Below, one piece after another: positions 10,101-18,234 of a stretch of DNA of 49,491 nucleotides. This DNA is from a virus. Lineage: Duplodnaviria; Caudoviricetes. How positions within the stretch are numbered: position 1 is the stretch's first letter; each line of letters starts with the position of its first letter. Below the pieces are notes generated by a model that saw nothing but the letters and a program-made list of their open reading frames with translations, did no database searches and was not told the origin of the DNA. Made by a program: the position numbers and the translations under genes. The stretch covers positions 1 to 49,491 of the IMG/VR virus record IMGVR_UViG_3300026279_000387; one strand, 5' to 3'.

Positions 10101-12940
10101 ATTCTCATACGTTCAATTGCATCAGTACCAAAGTCGTATGGTCTAGTTCTTAATTCACCTTGGTCAATAAATATTTGAAGATCATCTGTTTCTGAAAATA
10201 TTTGTCTTTCATCTTTAACAGGCAGTACACTTGTACCATGTGTAATAACATCATTAACAACTTTAAATAGTTCACTTGTTCTATCTGATGTACCTAACTC
10301 TGCCGCAGTATACCATGTAACCTGAGCGACAGCCCCTGGACCTGCTTGTAATGTAGGCCATAAAATGTTTTTAAATACATAATGATTAATTAATCGTAAT
10401 ATAAATTCTTTAGTATATACTTCGTGTGAACGATCACCATCAATTTGCGGTGTTGCTCCATACCAATACTTTTCAGCATTTTTATAAGTTTCAAGATTGC
10501 CGCCATATTTTAAATCATACTTAAGAGCGTCAATTTGATATTTTACATCTCTTTCACATTTTGGTCCATTATAAGTATAGTCAGACCAAGATGGAATAGT
10601 ATTTGGTAACACTGATGTTCCACTTTGTATAACACTAGTAAATATTGCAACTAGATCTGTTACTCTTCCAAGTGTTTTTGTCTCACCATCATTAGCATTA
10701 GTAGATTGTACTGTTACAATAGGACTTTGTACGGTTGTCGCCATTGTATTTGTAAGTACATTATTAATAATTAAATCTCTTAATTTATTATTAACAGCAA
10801 TAGCATATGATATTTCTTGCTCAGTAGTAGCTGTAAATCCTTCACCTGAATTAGTAAGATTAGAAGTTACACCTTCCCAATATCTTTTTGCGTACTCAAT
10901 AGTTTTAGAATTGCTTCCATTTAGGATGTCATATGCAATTGCATCAATGTTATATTTTGTATCACGTTCACATTTTTCATGCTGTACAGTATCATGGACA
11001 CCTGGATATGTTATATCAAACCAAGCCATTACTTCGTCAGCCAACCATTCTTTGTTAGCAACTATCAATGCATTAGCAAAAGGATATGTAGTAGCTGTTG
11101 AAACATTATTACCAATCCATGCAGTAGCTTCTTTTTGTAAGAATTCTTTATTTGCTTCTAATTGAACAAGTGCATTAGGATGATATGTTGGAGTATCTGT
11201 GTTTACATCTAAAAAGATAGTTGTAACTGTACCAGTTCTTTCTAAAAACTTTGGAAAATCATCGTCAGTATTTTTAGTGAGAGCATTCATGTCTGTTTGG
11301 AACTTAACAGTAGCGCCTCTTTCTGGATCTGTAAAGTTAAACAAGACTTCATTAACTGTAGTATCAGTAATTAATAATAAGTCATTTGTTGGTACTCGAG
11401 TTTGTAATCTAATAGAACTAACTCCAGCTTTAATAACAGCTGGAACATTATCTAGACCATTTTCAACTACGTCAGTAATAATGCTAAATCTATCTGTTAT
11501 AATACCAGCCGCGGCACTTTCTGCCACACTAGCTGTATTAAAATATTGAGATGTTGCTGTTTGTAATGGTGTATAACCTGCATTTGTATATCCTGGAGTT
11601 GGAGCAACTCCTGGACCATTTTCAGTAATATTATTAATAATAGTAACAGCATCTGCTATTCTAGAAGTACATCCAACTTCTCCATTATTTGCATTTGTAG
11701 TTTGTGTAGTAACTACTGGAACTTGCTGAGTTGTATATGATGTGTTTGTAAGAATATAATTGTTAATGATATCTTGTACTTTATTATTAACAGCAAGTGC
11801 ATACGCTTGTTCACCGCTACCTAGTAAAGTAGATATTCCGGTAAAGTACCTTTTGCCCATTTTAATGGATTGATGATTACCACCAGTATATAAATCTGAT
11901 CTAATTGCATCAATATTAAATTTAGTATCACGTTCACACTTTGCATGTCTTTCTGGTGTATGAACTCCTGGGTAAGTATTATCAAACCAAGCCATTACTT
12001 CGTCAGCTATAAATTCTTTATTTGCATCAATTAATACTAATGCATACGGAAATGTTGGTGCTGGTGTAGGTTGTGCTAAAATATAATTATTAATTAAATC
12101 ACGTACATAATTTTTAGCAAATATTTCAGGTGTTCTATTACCGTCAATCTGTGGTGTTGAATTAATCCAATATTTACTAGCAGTAAATCTTGTTTGTTCA
12201 TTACCACCATACCTTAAATCAAAAAGTATACCACCTGTACTATCAGTACCTTGTAAGTTATATCTTGTATCTCTTTCACAAAGTACAGGATCATAAGTGT
12301 ATCCTGCCCATGATGGAGTTACTGCCGGTATTGCACTTAATCCGTTTTCAGTAACATCATTAAGAATATCTTTTAATTCTATTACTCTGTATATTGCATA
12401 AGATTCACCAACTGGGTTACTTGAATCTTGTGTAGTAACTATTGGTGATTGTTGTGGTGTATATGCAACATTTTTTAGAATATAATCTTTAAATATTTCT
12501 ACTACTTTATTATTAACAGCAAGTGCATACGTTTGTTCACTTGAGTTAGCAAGGTTTGAATTAGTACCTTCCCAATATTTTTTTGCATATTCAATACATT
12601 TAGAATTACCACCAGTATTTAAATCATATGCAATTGCGTCAATGTTGTATCTTGTATCACGTTCACATTTTTCATGTCTTTCTGCTGTGTGAACTCCTGG
12701 ATATGTAGCATCAAACCAAGCCATTACTTCGTCAGCTACAAATTCTTTATTTGCTATAATTTGTGCATACGCATTTGGATATGTTGGCTCCATTTTAACT
12801 TGTTCAGCAATCCATGCCGCTGTTTCATCACAAATGAATTCAACATTATTCTTAATAAGATCATGCGCCATGCCATAGCGGTTATCTGTAACAGGGATAC
12901 CTGGTTGAAATACATATTGTTCTACTTTTGTTTTTGCCAT
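4172..12940 (-). CDS. Giant (2922 aa) mosaic virion / tail-fibre-like protein
   Basis: Uninterrupted Gly/Thr-rich ORF with five CERD helical repeats, eight LGG..ND beta repeats and HGL..GD-type small beta domains. Confidence 0.8.
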   Translation of the reverse strand: MAKTKVEQYVFQPGIPVTDNRYGMAHDLIKNNVEFICDETAAWIAEQVKMEPTYPNAYAQIIANKEFVADEVMAWFDATYPGVHTAERHEKCERDTRYNIDAIAYDLNTGGNSKCIEYAKKYWEGTNSNLANSSEQTYALAVNNKVVEIFKDYILKNVAYTPQQSPIVTTQDSSNPVGESYAIYRVIELKDILNDVTENGLSAIPAVTPSWAGYTYDPVLCERDTRYNLQGTDSTGGILFDLRYGGNEQTRFTASKYWINSTPQIDGNRTPEIFAKNYVRDLINNYILAQPTPAPTFPYALVLIDANKEFIADEVMAWFDNTYPGVHTPERHAKCERDTKFNIDAIRSDLYTGGNHQSIKMGKRYFTGISTLLGSGEQAYALAVNNKVQDIINNYILTNTSYTTQQVPVVTTQTTNANNGEVGCTSRIADAVTIINNITENGPGVAPTPGYTNAGYTPLQTATSQYFNTASVAESAAAGIITDRFSIITDVVENGLDNVPAVIKAGVSSIRLQTRVPTNDLLLITDTTVNEVLFNFTDPERGATVKFQTDMNALTKNTDDDFPKFLERTGTVTTIFLDVNTDTPTYHPNALVQLEANKEFLQKEATAWIGNNVSTATTYPFANALIVANKEWLADEVMAWFDITYPGVHDTVQHEKCERDTKYNIDAIAYDILNGSNSKTIEYAKRYWEGVTSNLTNSGEGFTATTEQEISYAIAVNNKLRDLIINNVLTNTMATTVQSPIVTVQSTNANDGETKTLGRVTDLVAIFTSVIQSGTSVLPNTIPSWSDYTYNGPKCERDVKYQIDALKYDLKYGGNLETYKNAEKYWYGATPQIDGDRSHEVYTKEFILRLINHYVFKNILWPTLQAGPGAVAQVTWYTAAELGTSDRTSELFKVVNDVITHGTSVLPVKDERQIFSETDDLQIFIDQGELRTRPYDFGTDAIERMRISAPVSMLDADFEYGLQPTKWQAIATQRGYPSIYEVPGTDKQVQSVVTDASSGTGGIGQSLITVTTIGAHNLESGTPITLKALENSVAGASRAEGSFIISTTPTISTFTYFAKSKVGTANGEVLSTFYTQLREAGFYTGASIGNPSFTIESQGAAGVLYNPLAVLNGTDKITWDGTLPEVGSPMLVESGMAIAIYTYSAADALRTAGTYNNIVGTSDSVVADLIVPTVNIVIDGTGAAVATIVTGGRRNAVNDTITVTDAQLGSGGAANLTFKIQTINNGVGIPTGAQVTSVQGTGGTIATLQTSSDVAIGSNVIPVTNTAGVLTGMGIDRGDGTAVFVSSIVGNNINLDGNTTNTIIGNNVTYTALSGTNVTGAGFGATFDISRAGGTYTVTVNDDGDDYETGDVIIVLGNSLGGTTPEHDCRIEITEADTSGDIVTITTTGTAFDGNANYIGLTGTNANGVGTGALFDITYTNNSYSVSLAQPTYTNISGTSLGGVGTGAAFDVTLTNNVYTIALNAGDASTGYIVNDYIKIDGLQLGGASSTNDALVKVTGINAGAITSMTITGTGADANVTYSGVVYTTTSIGGLTASINVTRVGTVYSVAIFGGGSGYGVGDTLNILGTALGGTSPTNDATVTIATVNAGGTIQTATIGGTAVNVQTFSNVSSHTNQLGENAQFNVTVNYNNTYSGVLGALGGNTYNVDSQIVIAGTSLGGATPANDATITVTGVNGIGLIQTFTIAGTSADATTGYVVGDLLKIAGPTLGGINTTNDAEVSISTVSGTGVITGLTISGTAADATATYSGVAYTTNTASGTTADFTVTRLDIAYSAIISTPGTGYLAGETFTIDGANLGGGTGTNDCTITIATVGGGGEILTINVTGTALDQASYYGISQADGQAIMTVGAGATWDVVLSGGSYTPSLANGGTLYNATQTIKILGPQLGGASPTNDLELTINSVTPTGAISTFSHSGTAPGGSASYTGIGGTNLNNIGTNATFTVTRSTGVYSTPTVVADGENYLAGNKIKITGSQLGGVDATNDIIVTVGSVTTDGSITTVTGLGSGITGTVVQTYSSVTLSESITQALTAQSTIAFAALATVKITFATAHGLVPGDSFIITVASDSGANNHTLCEGPFFAQQVPSLLTLKYQCRAPGTIGDVNDIIADIYPRPDSFFVHRPYDGGVMLGTGGPQHGAQAIRQSKKYIRYQSGKGIMYTTGALFAPSYDLLNVTAEDVTIGSFITVTTDDVDHGLQIGGVIRLLGIETPGYNGDYTVASVVSERQFRVVADFKLGSTTPTLSPRAQVSLLTWHGATVRSGAFDDQNGIFMEYDGENFTCVQRTATLQLAGTVSVPVDSNLCTGVGSRFRDQLKAGDRIVIKGMTHVVSNIASDTSMYLTPDFRGVTPASACKVCLVSDKKTKQNEFNKDKLDGSGSSGYIIDVSKMQMMGVQYSWYGAGFIDYMLRGDDGNFIFFHRMRNSNINTEAFMRTGNMPVRYEITNEGPSGKLAADIDYAQTTIPLVDAKYFPNAGTIFIDGEMINYTGITGDTLTGATRAAPMSNYASGANRTYTAGEAAAHTAKTGVPLISNTISPIISHWGSAFLTDGGFDSDRGYIFSYASTGNEITTTRNTVFMLRLAPSVSNAIVGDLGERELLNRAQLLLEGIEVTSDTSTGGIVIEGVLNPQNYPTDPGNVGWAGLSGLAQGGQPSFAQVAPGGSVTWSTGATQVVRNATTTAQMTDSANSLYNRSNTVWHYFSGAEWDALNDTVQTGVEVVATGNPAAGSSDFPAGTTVSDIYYQSWYPRYQVRMSNRNSGYVSAGESVTFGIGGELSYTNYLYFTKTSWEGTAAVSGTEVSDSKFPAGTAVSNVQGPLEFGGVEYYKVTFSQTSIATVAAGANVGFLFGQPPYAQPGETVFSFIANPGSLANLDLSGLKELTNTTLGGRGTYPNGPDVLAINVYKTSGAAVNANLILRWGEAQA
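6900..9000 (-). repeat. Eight tandem ~95-aa beta repeats (G..Y..GD.I.I.G..LGG...ND..I.V..V...G.I)
   Basis: LGGTTPEHD, LGGASSTND, LGGTSPTND, LGGATPAND, LGGINTTND, LGGGTGTND, LGGASPTND and LGGVDATND in the translation; boundaries are approximate. Confidence 0.85.
11015..12736. repeat. Three exact copies of the 27-nt atcaaaccaagccattacttcgtcagc within duplicated domains
   Basis: Copies at 11015-11041, 11981-12007 and 12710-12736; each encodes ADEVMAWFD on the minus strand. Confidence 0.9.
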
Positions 12941-12946
12941 CTTAAG

Positions 12947-13957
12947 TTATACCCCTAGTGCGATCGCTAAAGCCGATGCTGTAGTATCTACATACTTTTT
13001 ATTAGTTATCTGTTTCGGTCCTACTGGTGTTGCTGTCATAGTAGCTACTGTAAAATTTCCTGCTGTAGGAGTAACATCTCCTATCACTGTGTTATTTAAC
13101 GTTCCTGACGTAGATTTTAAGTCTAAAAAGGCTCCGTTTTGAGCTGTAGTTGATCCAATAACAACATTGTCTAACTTACCACTTGTATTAGGATGCACTT
13201 CAACTGTTCCTGTTCCTGTAGGTTTAATTGTTATTATAGAATTTGCTCCAGCTAATGACACATTATCTGATGATGTTAATTTTAATGCATTAACATCCAT
13301 GTTACTTAATGTACCACCATTGGTAGGATTAATAACAACTGTTCCTGAACTACCAGTTGGTGCCAATGTTACTGTAGCATTTTCACCTTGTGCAGTTAAA
13401 TCTCCTGTAGTAAGAATACTACTAAAAGATCCAATACCTGAAATTGTTGGATCTGTAACTGCTATAGAACCTCTTGGACTTCCGTCTCCGTCTCCGTAAT
13501 ATAATATACTTGGCGCATTTGCAGGAACTGTAAAAAGTGTTTTACCAGTACTTTGTCCTTGTGCATTACTTTCAGTTAATGTTGAATTCCCGTCAACTGA
13601 AGTCCATGACACCCCATCATTGTAAGCTATTTTATTTCCTGCAGGATTACCAGGATCATCTTGAAATATATTTAATGTAAGAGATGATGAAGATAATAAA
13701 AGAGTAAATGTATATGCTTGTCCTCTTACTACAGATATATCTGGATTAGTATCTAAAGTGTCAGTACCGTCAATAAAATATTCATCAACAGTAAAGTTTC
13801 CACCATTATCTCTTAGAATAAAGTCACCACTAACTGATGCTTCTTCTTGTGCAGTATATGTTAAAGTACGAACAGTTACATTACCTAGCTCATCTACAGT
13901 AAATCCTGGGCTTTTGTATCCTGCTTGTGCTTCAAAGGGTGATTTAGTTACACTCAT
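12947..13957 (-). CDS. Virion structural / tail fibre-associated protein
   Basis: Gly/Thr-rich, P.G.G.V repeats, fibre-type motif ITNKKYVD and a hydrophobic C-terminus ALAIALGV. Confidence 0.7.
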   Translation of the reverse strand: MSVTKSPFEAQAGYKSPGFTVDELGNVTVRTLTYTAQEEASVSGDFILRDNGGNFTVDEYFIDGTDTLDTNPDISVVRGQAYTFTLLLSSSSLTLNIFQDDPGNPAGNKIAYNDGVSWTSVDGNSTLTESNAQGQSTGKTLFTVPANAPSILYYGDGDGSPRGSIAVTDPTISGIGSFSSILTTGDLTAQGENATVTLAPTGSSGTVVINPTNGGTLSNMDVNALKLTSSDNVSLAGANSIITIKPTGTGTVEVHPNTSGKLDNVVIGSTTAQNGAFLDLKSTSGTLNNTVIGDVTPTAGNFTVATMTATPVGPKQITNKKYVDTTASALAIALGV

Positions 13958-13973
13958 TTATTGGCTCCGTATG

Positions 13974-13981
13974 TATTTATC
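13974..13981 (-). promoter_or_regulatory. Putative late promoter GATAAATA
   Basis: Variant of the T4 late promoter TATAAATA, intergenic, directly upstream of the 336-aa gene. Confidence 0.7.
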
Positions 13982-13985
13982 GACA

Positions 13986-14408
13986 TCATGTAGCAGTGGC
14001 TTCGTTCTGTGTTTTGTAGTAATTCGCACTATAAATTACCTTAGCTCCTGCAATTACTGTGGAGTCATCTTGTTCTCTAGGATATGCAACTAAACTAAAA
14101 TATGAATCTGTAACTACTACTTCTAGTCGGAGTAAATCATGACCTAAATTGCTCCGGCCATAAACCATAATGTTAGCTTTTTCTGGACTTGCTGTACAAA
14201 GCGCCTTTATCACTTCTTTACGTGTTGTAGAAACATCACAAGCTATTGTATATTCAGCACCCATAAATTCGCCCACATACCAACGATCTATTTCTGTACC
14301 ACTTTCAACTAGAGTAGATGATGGTCCAGAATAGCTAAGGTTGGCGCCGTTTTTAAATTCAATTGAATTATTGGCTCCTTTGCGGAAGTATTTGCTAATA
14401 TCGAACAT
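13986..14408 (-). CDS. Hypothetical protein, likely structural
   Basis: ORF with an AGAGGA RBS and an upstream GGTAAATA element (14430-14437). Confidence 0.65.
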   Translation of the reverse strand: MFDISKYFRKGANNSIEFKNGANLSYSGPSSTLVESGTEIDRWYVGEFMGAEYTIACDVSTTRKEVIKALCTASPEKANIMVYGRSNLGHDLLRLEVVVTDSYFSLVAYPREQDDSTVIAGAKVIYSANYYKTQNEATAT

Positions 14409-14471
14409 TCTAATCCTCTTTGTTTTATGTATTTACCTAAAAACACGGGTTCCAAGAATATCTATATTTTG

Positions 14472-16289
14472 TTAATAGTTTGATACGGTGATTAATTTGT
14501 TATATTCAGGCAGGAATAAGTATTCAATATCACTATTTGCAAGGGTCCTAATAGCATCATCTAGTGTTTCAACTAATGGCTCGCCAGCTAAATTAAAGCT
14601 AGTATTAAACACTATAGAAATACCTGTTTTTTCCTTAAAGGCTTTAATAATATTATAATAATGGGGATTTTGTTTTTCATTTACTGTTTGAATTCTACAA
14701 GTTCCATCTACATGAATAATTGCAGGAATTCGTTCAGCAATACCATCCTGACAATTTACAGCATACATCATAGTTGGTGATGATTCCATTCCACGCAAAT
14801 CAAACCATTCATGAACATCTTCTTCTAAAATTGTTCCTGCAAATGGTCTAAAATATTCTCTATGTTTTACTTCATTTACATGGTCCTTACCATTAGGATC
14901 TGACGGGTCATACATAATAGTTCTATTTCCTAATGCTCTTGGACCGTTCTCACTTCTTCCTTGAAATAGTGTTACAATTTTTCTATCTGTTAATAATGTT
15001 ACAGCATCGTCAATTGTTGCTGTTTTTACATCAGCATTATATTTCTTTGCAACTTCATGTATTTGATCTACGGAATAGTTATATTTCGGCCCTTCATATA
15101 ATGTTTCAACTTGTGGGTTAACAGTAGTATCACCAGTTAACTTTCTATGCCATAGTAATGCCGCACCCATTGCCGTGCCAGCATCATTTGAAACTGGTTC
15201 AACATAAATTTCAATATCTTCATCTTTAAGTGCTTCTAAATAATGATAATTTGCAACACAATTTAATCCATACCCACCGCTAATTACAACTTTCTTTTTG
15301 CCACTTAATTTAACAGATTCTTTAATAAGTTTTACAACTTCGTCTTGTGTTTGTGTTTGTATAGAATAAGCAAAGTCTCTACGATTTTGATATTCTGTAA
15401 TATCGATTTTTTCATCTCTTGTAACGTCGCCTTTTGCAAGTTCAGTAAACATATTATAATTAACATGAGCACCATTTGGATAATCAGGTATAATAACTTG
15501 TCTATCTGCTATAGGGTAAATTGTATCATCTCTAAATATTTTCGGACACTTAGGATTTTCTTTTCCATAAGGAAATAGGCCCATTGTTTTTCCTGCTTCA
15601 ATAAATTGAAAGCCACAATATTCTGTAACGGCTTCGTATGCTTTTGTAATGCCGGCATTTTCTGAGACATGTAAAATATGTGTGGAACCTTCAGGCTCAT
15701 CAAACATTTCACTAGAAAAGTTTCCTATTTTACTACCTATTAATGGACCTCTAACGCCCACATGTTTATAAAGTGTTTTAAATGTTACTGGATACTCGCA
15801 ATCAAAAATACTTTCAGTTTCCCAACATGTCATTCCTTCGTTATTAACACGAAAATCAAGAAAGGTTCCAGCACCGTCAACTACAAGTGCAACTGCGGAA
15901 TTAAATCCACTACGATAAAATGCACAAGCGGCATGTAATTTATGATGAATATGACTTAGATCAATAACTTGCGGATGGCTTTCCGCATATGAATTATGTC
16001 CACGTTGAATTAGTCCTAACTTTCTTGCTAATCCAGTATATGGATCGTCACCACTAAAGTCAATTTTTCCTGCAGATGATTGTAATGATTGCGTATGAGC
16101 TACAATCAGATAATCAAGTTTATCTGTATATTCTAAAATTTTCACAATAGCGGCATAAGGAGCACCGTCATATTTTTGTCTTGTTAAACGTTCTTCTTCT
16201 ATGGCAAATACAACTTCACCATCTTTTAATAGACATACTCCAGCATTGTGTCCTCTGGCTATTCCTGCAATCCAAACCGATTTACTCAT
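14472..16289 (-). CDS. O-carbamoyltransferase, NodU/CmcH/TobZ family
   Basis: AIEEERLTRQK, HHKLHAACAF, VVDGAG, GKTMGL, SGGYGLNCVAN, NDAGTAMGAA, ENGPRALGNR, VKHREYFRPFA, HVDGTCRIQTV and NTSFNLAGEPLVET. Confidence 0.95.
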   Translation of the reverse strand: MSKSVWIAGIARGHNAGVCLLKDGEVVFAIEEERLTRQKYDGAPYAAIVKILEYTDKLDYLIVAHTQSLQSSAGKIDFSGDDPYTGLARKLGLIQRGHNSYAESHPQVIDLSHIHHKLHAACAFYRSGFNSAVALVVDGAGTFLDFRVNNEGMTCWETESIFDCEYPVTFKTLYKHVGVRGPLIGSKIGNFSSEMFDEPEGSTHILHVSENAGITKAYEAVTEYCGFQFIEAGKTMGLFPYGKENPKCPKIFRDDTIYPIADRQVIIPDYPNGAHVNYNMFTELAKGDVTRDEKIDITEYQNRRDFAYSIQTQTQDEVVKLIKESVKLSGKKKVVISGGYGLNCVANYHYLEALKDEDIEIYVEPVSNDAGTAMGAALLWHRKLTGDTTVNPQVETLYEGPKYNYSVDQIHEVAKKYNADVKTATIDDAVTLLTDRKIVTLFQGRSENGPRALGNRTIMYDPSDPNGKDHVNEVKHREYFRPFAGTILEEDVHEWFDLRGMESSPTMMYAVNCQDGIAERIPAIIHVDGTCRIQTVNEKQNPHYYNIIKAFKEKTGISIVFNTSFNLAGEPLVETLDDAIRTLANSDIEYLFLPEYNKLITVSNY

Positions 16290-16292
16290 ATT

Positions 16293-17198
16293 TTAAAATC
16301 CTTCATATCCTGTATTAATATCGACTAATTCATCTAATATTCGTTGTTCAAAACCAATAAGATCTTTATGTTCTTTTCTAAATTGACTTAATTGGTTATA
16401 TAAATTTTTTTGTTTATTGCAGTTTTCTTTTTCTAATCCTAAACTAGGACGTACAATATCATTTAAATAATTATAATGGTGTACATGACTAGGATGTGTC
16501 TCTTTCCATGGCTCTTTATCATCAGGGCCTTGGAACCAATATGCATCATCTGGATTATCCCACGTATACAATCCTATAGGAGACATCCAGTTCTCTTTAT
16601 AGTTGTCGAATACAGTTTGATAGCACTTCAACGCAGGCTCACGCTCCCACATAGACAATCTTCCTGGTTTATGGCTTTCTCCGTGGTCGGGATGATAAGG
16701 AAAATCAGTTCCGCATTTGTCTAACTCACCAATTGATGTCATTCTCCAAGTACATCCTGTTGAGTTTAGTAATCCTTGTGTAGCGGCTATATCGTTCATT
16801 GTATACATAAAAAAACTTCGTTCGTCCCAGAATCTGTCAATCCATACATCGTCGTATATTAAATTATTACCTATACTAAAAATACTACCTTGTGTTTTCC
16901 AACCTATTATATCTGTATTTTTAAACCAACTATGTAAAAAACTATTAGGGTCAAAGTTTAATGCTTGGAATGAATGCCAATCATTACGCATATGACTAGA
17001 CCATTGTACTAATATAATATCATCTTTAGTAAAATTATTTTTAATATTACATTCTGCTACACGTTGGGCTATAGCTCTATTCCCAAGTCCAGGGTGAGCC
17101 CAATTAGAAAACGAATCAAATTCATATCCTAAATAGTCAGCATAAGACGGCCAAGCATAATGTGTAAAAGAGCAACCGAATGCAAAGACCCGCTTCAT
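16293..17198 (-). CDS. SGNH/GDSL-like protein
   Basis: N-terminal FGCSFT (GDSL block I-like), G.GN, VQWS and a C-terminal THP motif. Confidence 0.55.
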   Translation of the reverse strand: MKRVFAFGCSFTHYAWPSYADYLGYEFDSFSNWAHPGLGNRAIAQRVAECNIKNNFTKDDIILVQWSSHMRNDWHSFQALNFDPNSFLHSWFKNTDIIGWKTQGSIFSIGNNLIYDDVWIDRFWDERSFFMYTMNDIAATQGLLNSTGCTWRMTSIGELDKCGTDFPYHPDHGESHKPGRLSMWEREPALKCYQTVFDNYKENWMSPIGLYTWDNPDDAYWFQGPDDKEPWKETHPSHVHHYNYLNDIVRPSLGLEKENCNKQKNLYNQLSQFRKEHKDLIGFEQRILDELVDINTGYEGF

Positions 17199-17204
17199 AA
17201 GTTA

Positions 17205-18164
17205 TTAACCCTTCTTTTGTTTTTTACCTTTTATTCCTTTTTCAATAGATTCGATAATGACATCTTCAATTTTGTCATTCATTTGCATGATACCATCATT
17301 AACTCTATCAGACCATTCATCAGTAGTAATACGAATTGGAGAATATACTCTTTTAGTTTCACCCATATCTAAAATATCCATATTCTCATCAGTTGGATAA
17401 GAAACATTAACAGCAAAAGTTGAGCCTATAACAACTGTAGCTTTTTTATCTAGTGCATGAACTATATGTTGACCAGCACTATCACATCCTAAAAAGTAAT
17501 CAGCCGCTAAAATAATACCAGCCCAAGCTCTTAAATCAGCACCCATTGGAGATGCTACAGGTTCTTCAATCTGATGTTTTTGGAATTCCATTTGAAATTC
17601 GGCCATATGTATAACTGCATATTTTTTAGAAAGTTTTCTAACAATATTAACAGCATTATCGGCTTCAAAACTACGTCCACTTCCGTCTGAAACCATTCCA
17701 TTTTCGTTTTGAATCATTCTACCATATGGTTGGAATACTATTGCTTGTTTCTTTTTACATTTTTCTTTAACTTCGTTAACTACTTTTTCACCAAACATCA
17801 TTTCTTGACGATTAAGTCTTAGGACTGGTCTTGGAAGGTCTCTTAATCCTTTATTATTAATGCCAATATCGTATGCTTGAGCAATACTACATTTTTGGTT
17901 ATAATACTCCCAAACCCTATAAGGTTCAGGTGTACATAAATTCATGTTAATTAATTTTTCTTGGAATAGATTTTTGTGCCAGTTATCGTATGCTTTAGCA
18001 TGTAGAACAGGGTGGCCTTTGTAGAAATCAGTGCCGCCTTCACAAACAATAATAAAATCGTCGTCTGGATTTTCTGTTGCAAATAATTCTAAAGCAGGGA
18101 TTGACGCAATTACTCGGCCAGCGCCACCATTTATAAAAATAGCTGTATTTCTGTTATTAGACAT
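17205..18164 (-). CDS. GT-B glycosyltransferase, GT9 (ADP-heptose heptosyltransferase)-like
   Basis: N-terminal GGAGRVIASIPAL resembles the GT9 GD....P motif; C-terminal LRAWAGIILAADYFLGCDSAGQHIVHALDKKATVVIG matches the GT9 L....A.I..A..F.G.DSG..H.A.A....V..FG signature. Confidence 0.7.
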   Translation of the reverse strand: MSNNRNTAIFINGGAGRVIASIPALELFATENPDDDFIIVCEGGTDFYKGHPVLHAKAYDNWHKNLFQEKLINMNLCTPEPYRVWEYYNQKCSIAQAYDIGINNKGLRDLPRPVLRLNRQEMMFGEKVVNEVKEKCKKKQAIVFQPYGRMIQNENGMVSDGSGRSFEADNAVNIVRKLSKKYAVIHMAEFQMEFQKHQIEEPVASPMGADLRAWAGIILAADYFLGCDSAGQHIVHALDKKATVVIGSTFAVNVSYPTDENMDILDMGETKRVYSPIRITTDEWSDRVNDGIMQMNDKIEDVIIESIEKGIKGKKQKKG

Positions 18165-18234
18165 CCTTTATCCTCTTGCATTTATTCGCACTTAATAATA
18201 TAAGTGTTACGCAAGATATTTAAAGAATTTTATA

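Noticed and set aside
11015-12736. 27-nt exact repeats as a CRISPR array or DGR template/variable repeat
   Set aside because: They are spaced 700-1000 bp apart, in frame within duplicated protein domains, and there is no cas or reverse transcriptase gene in the window.
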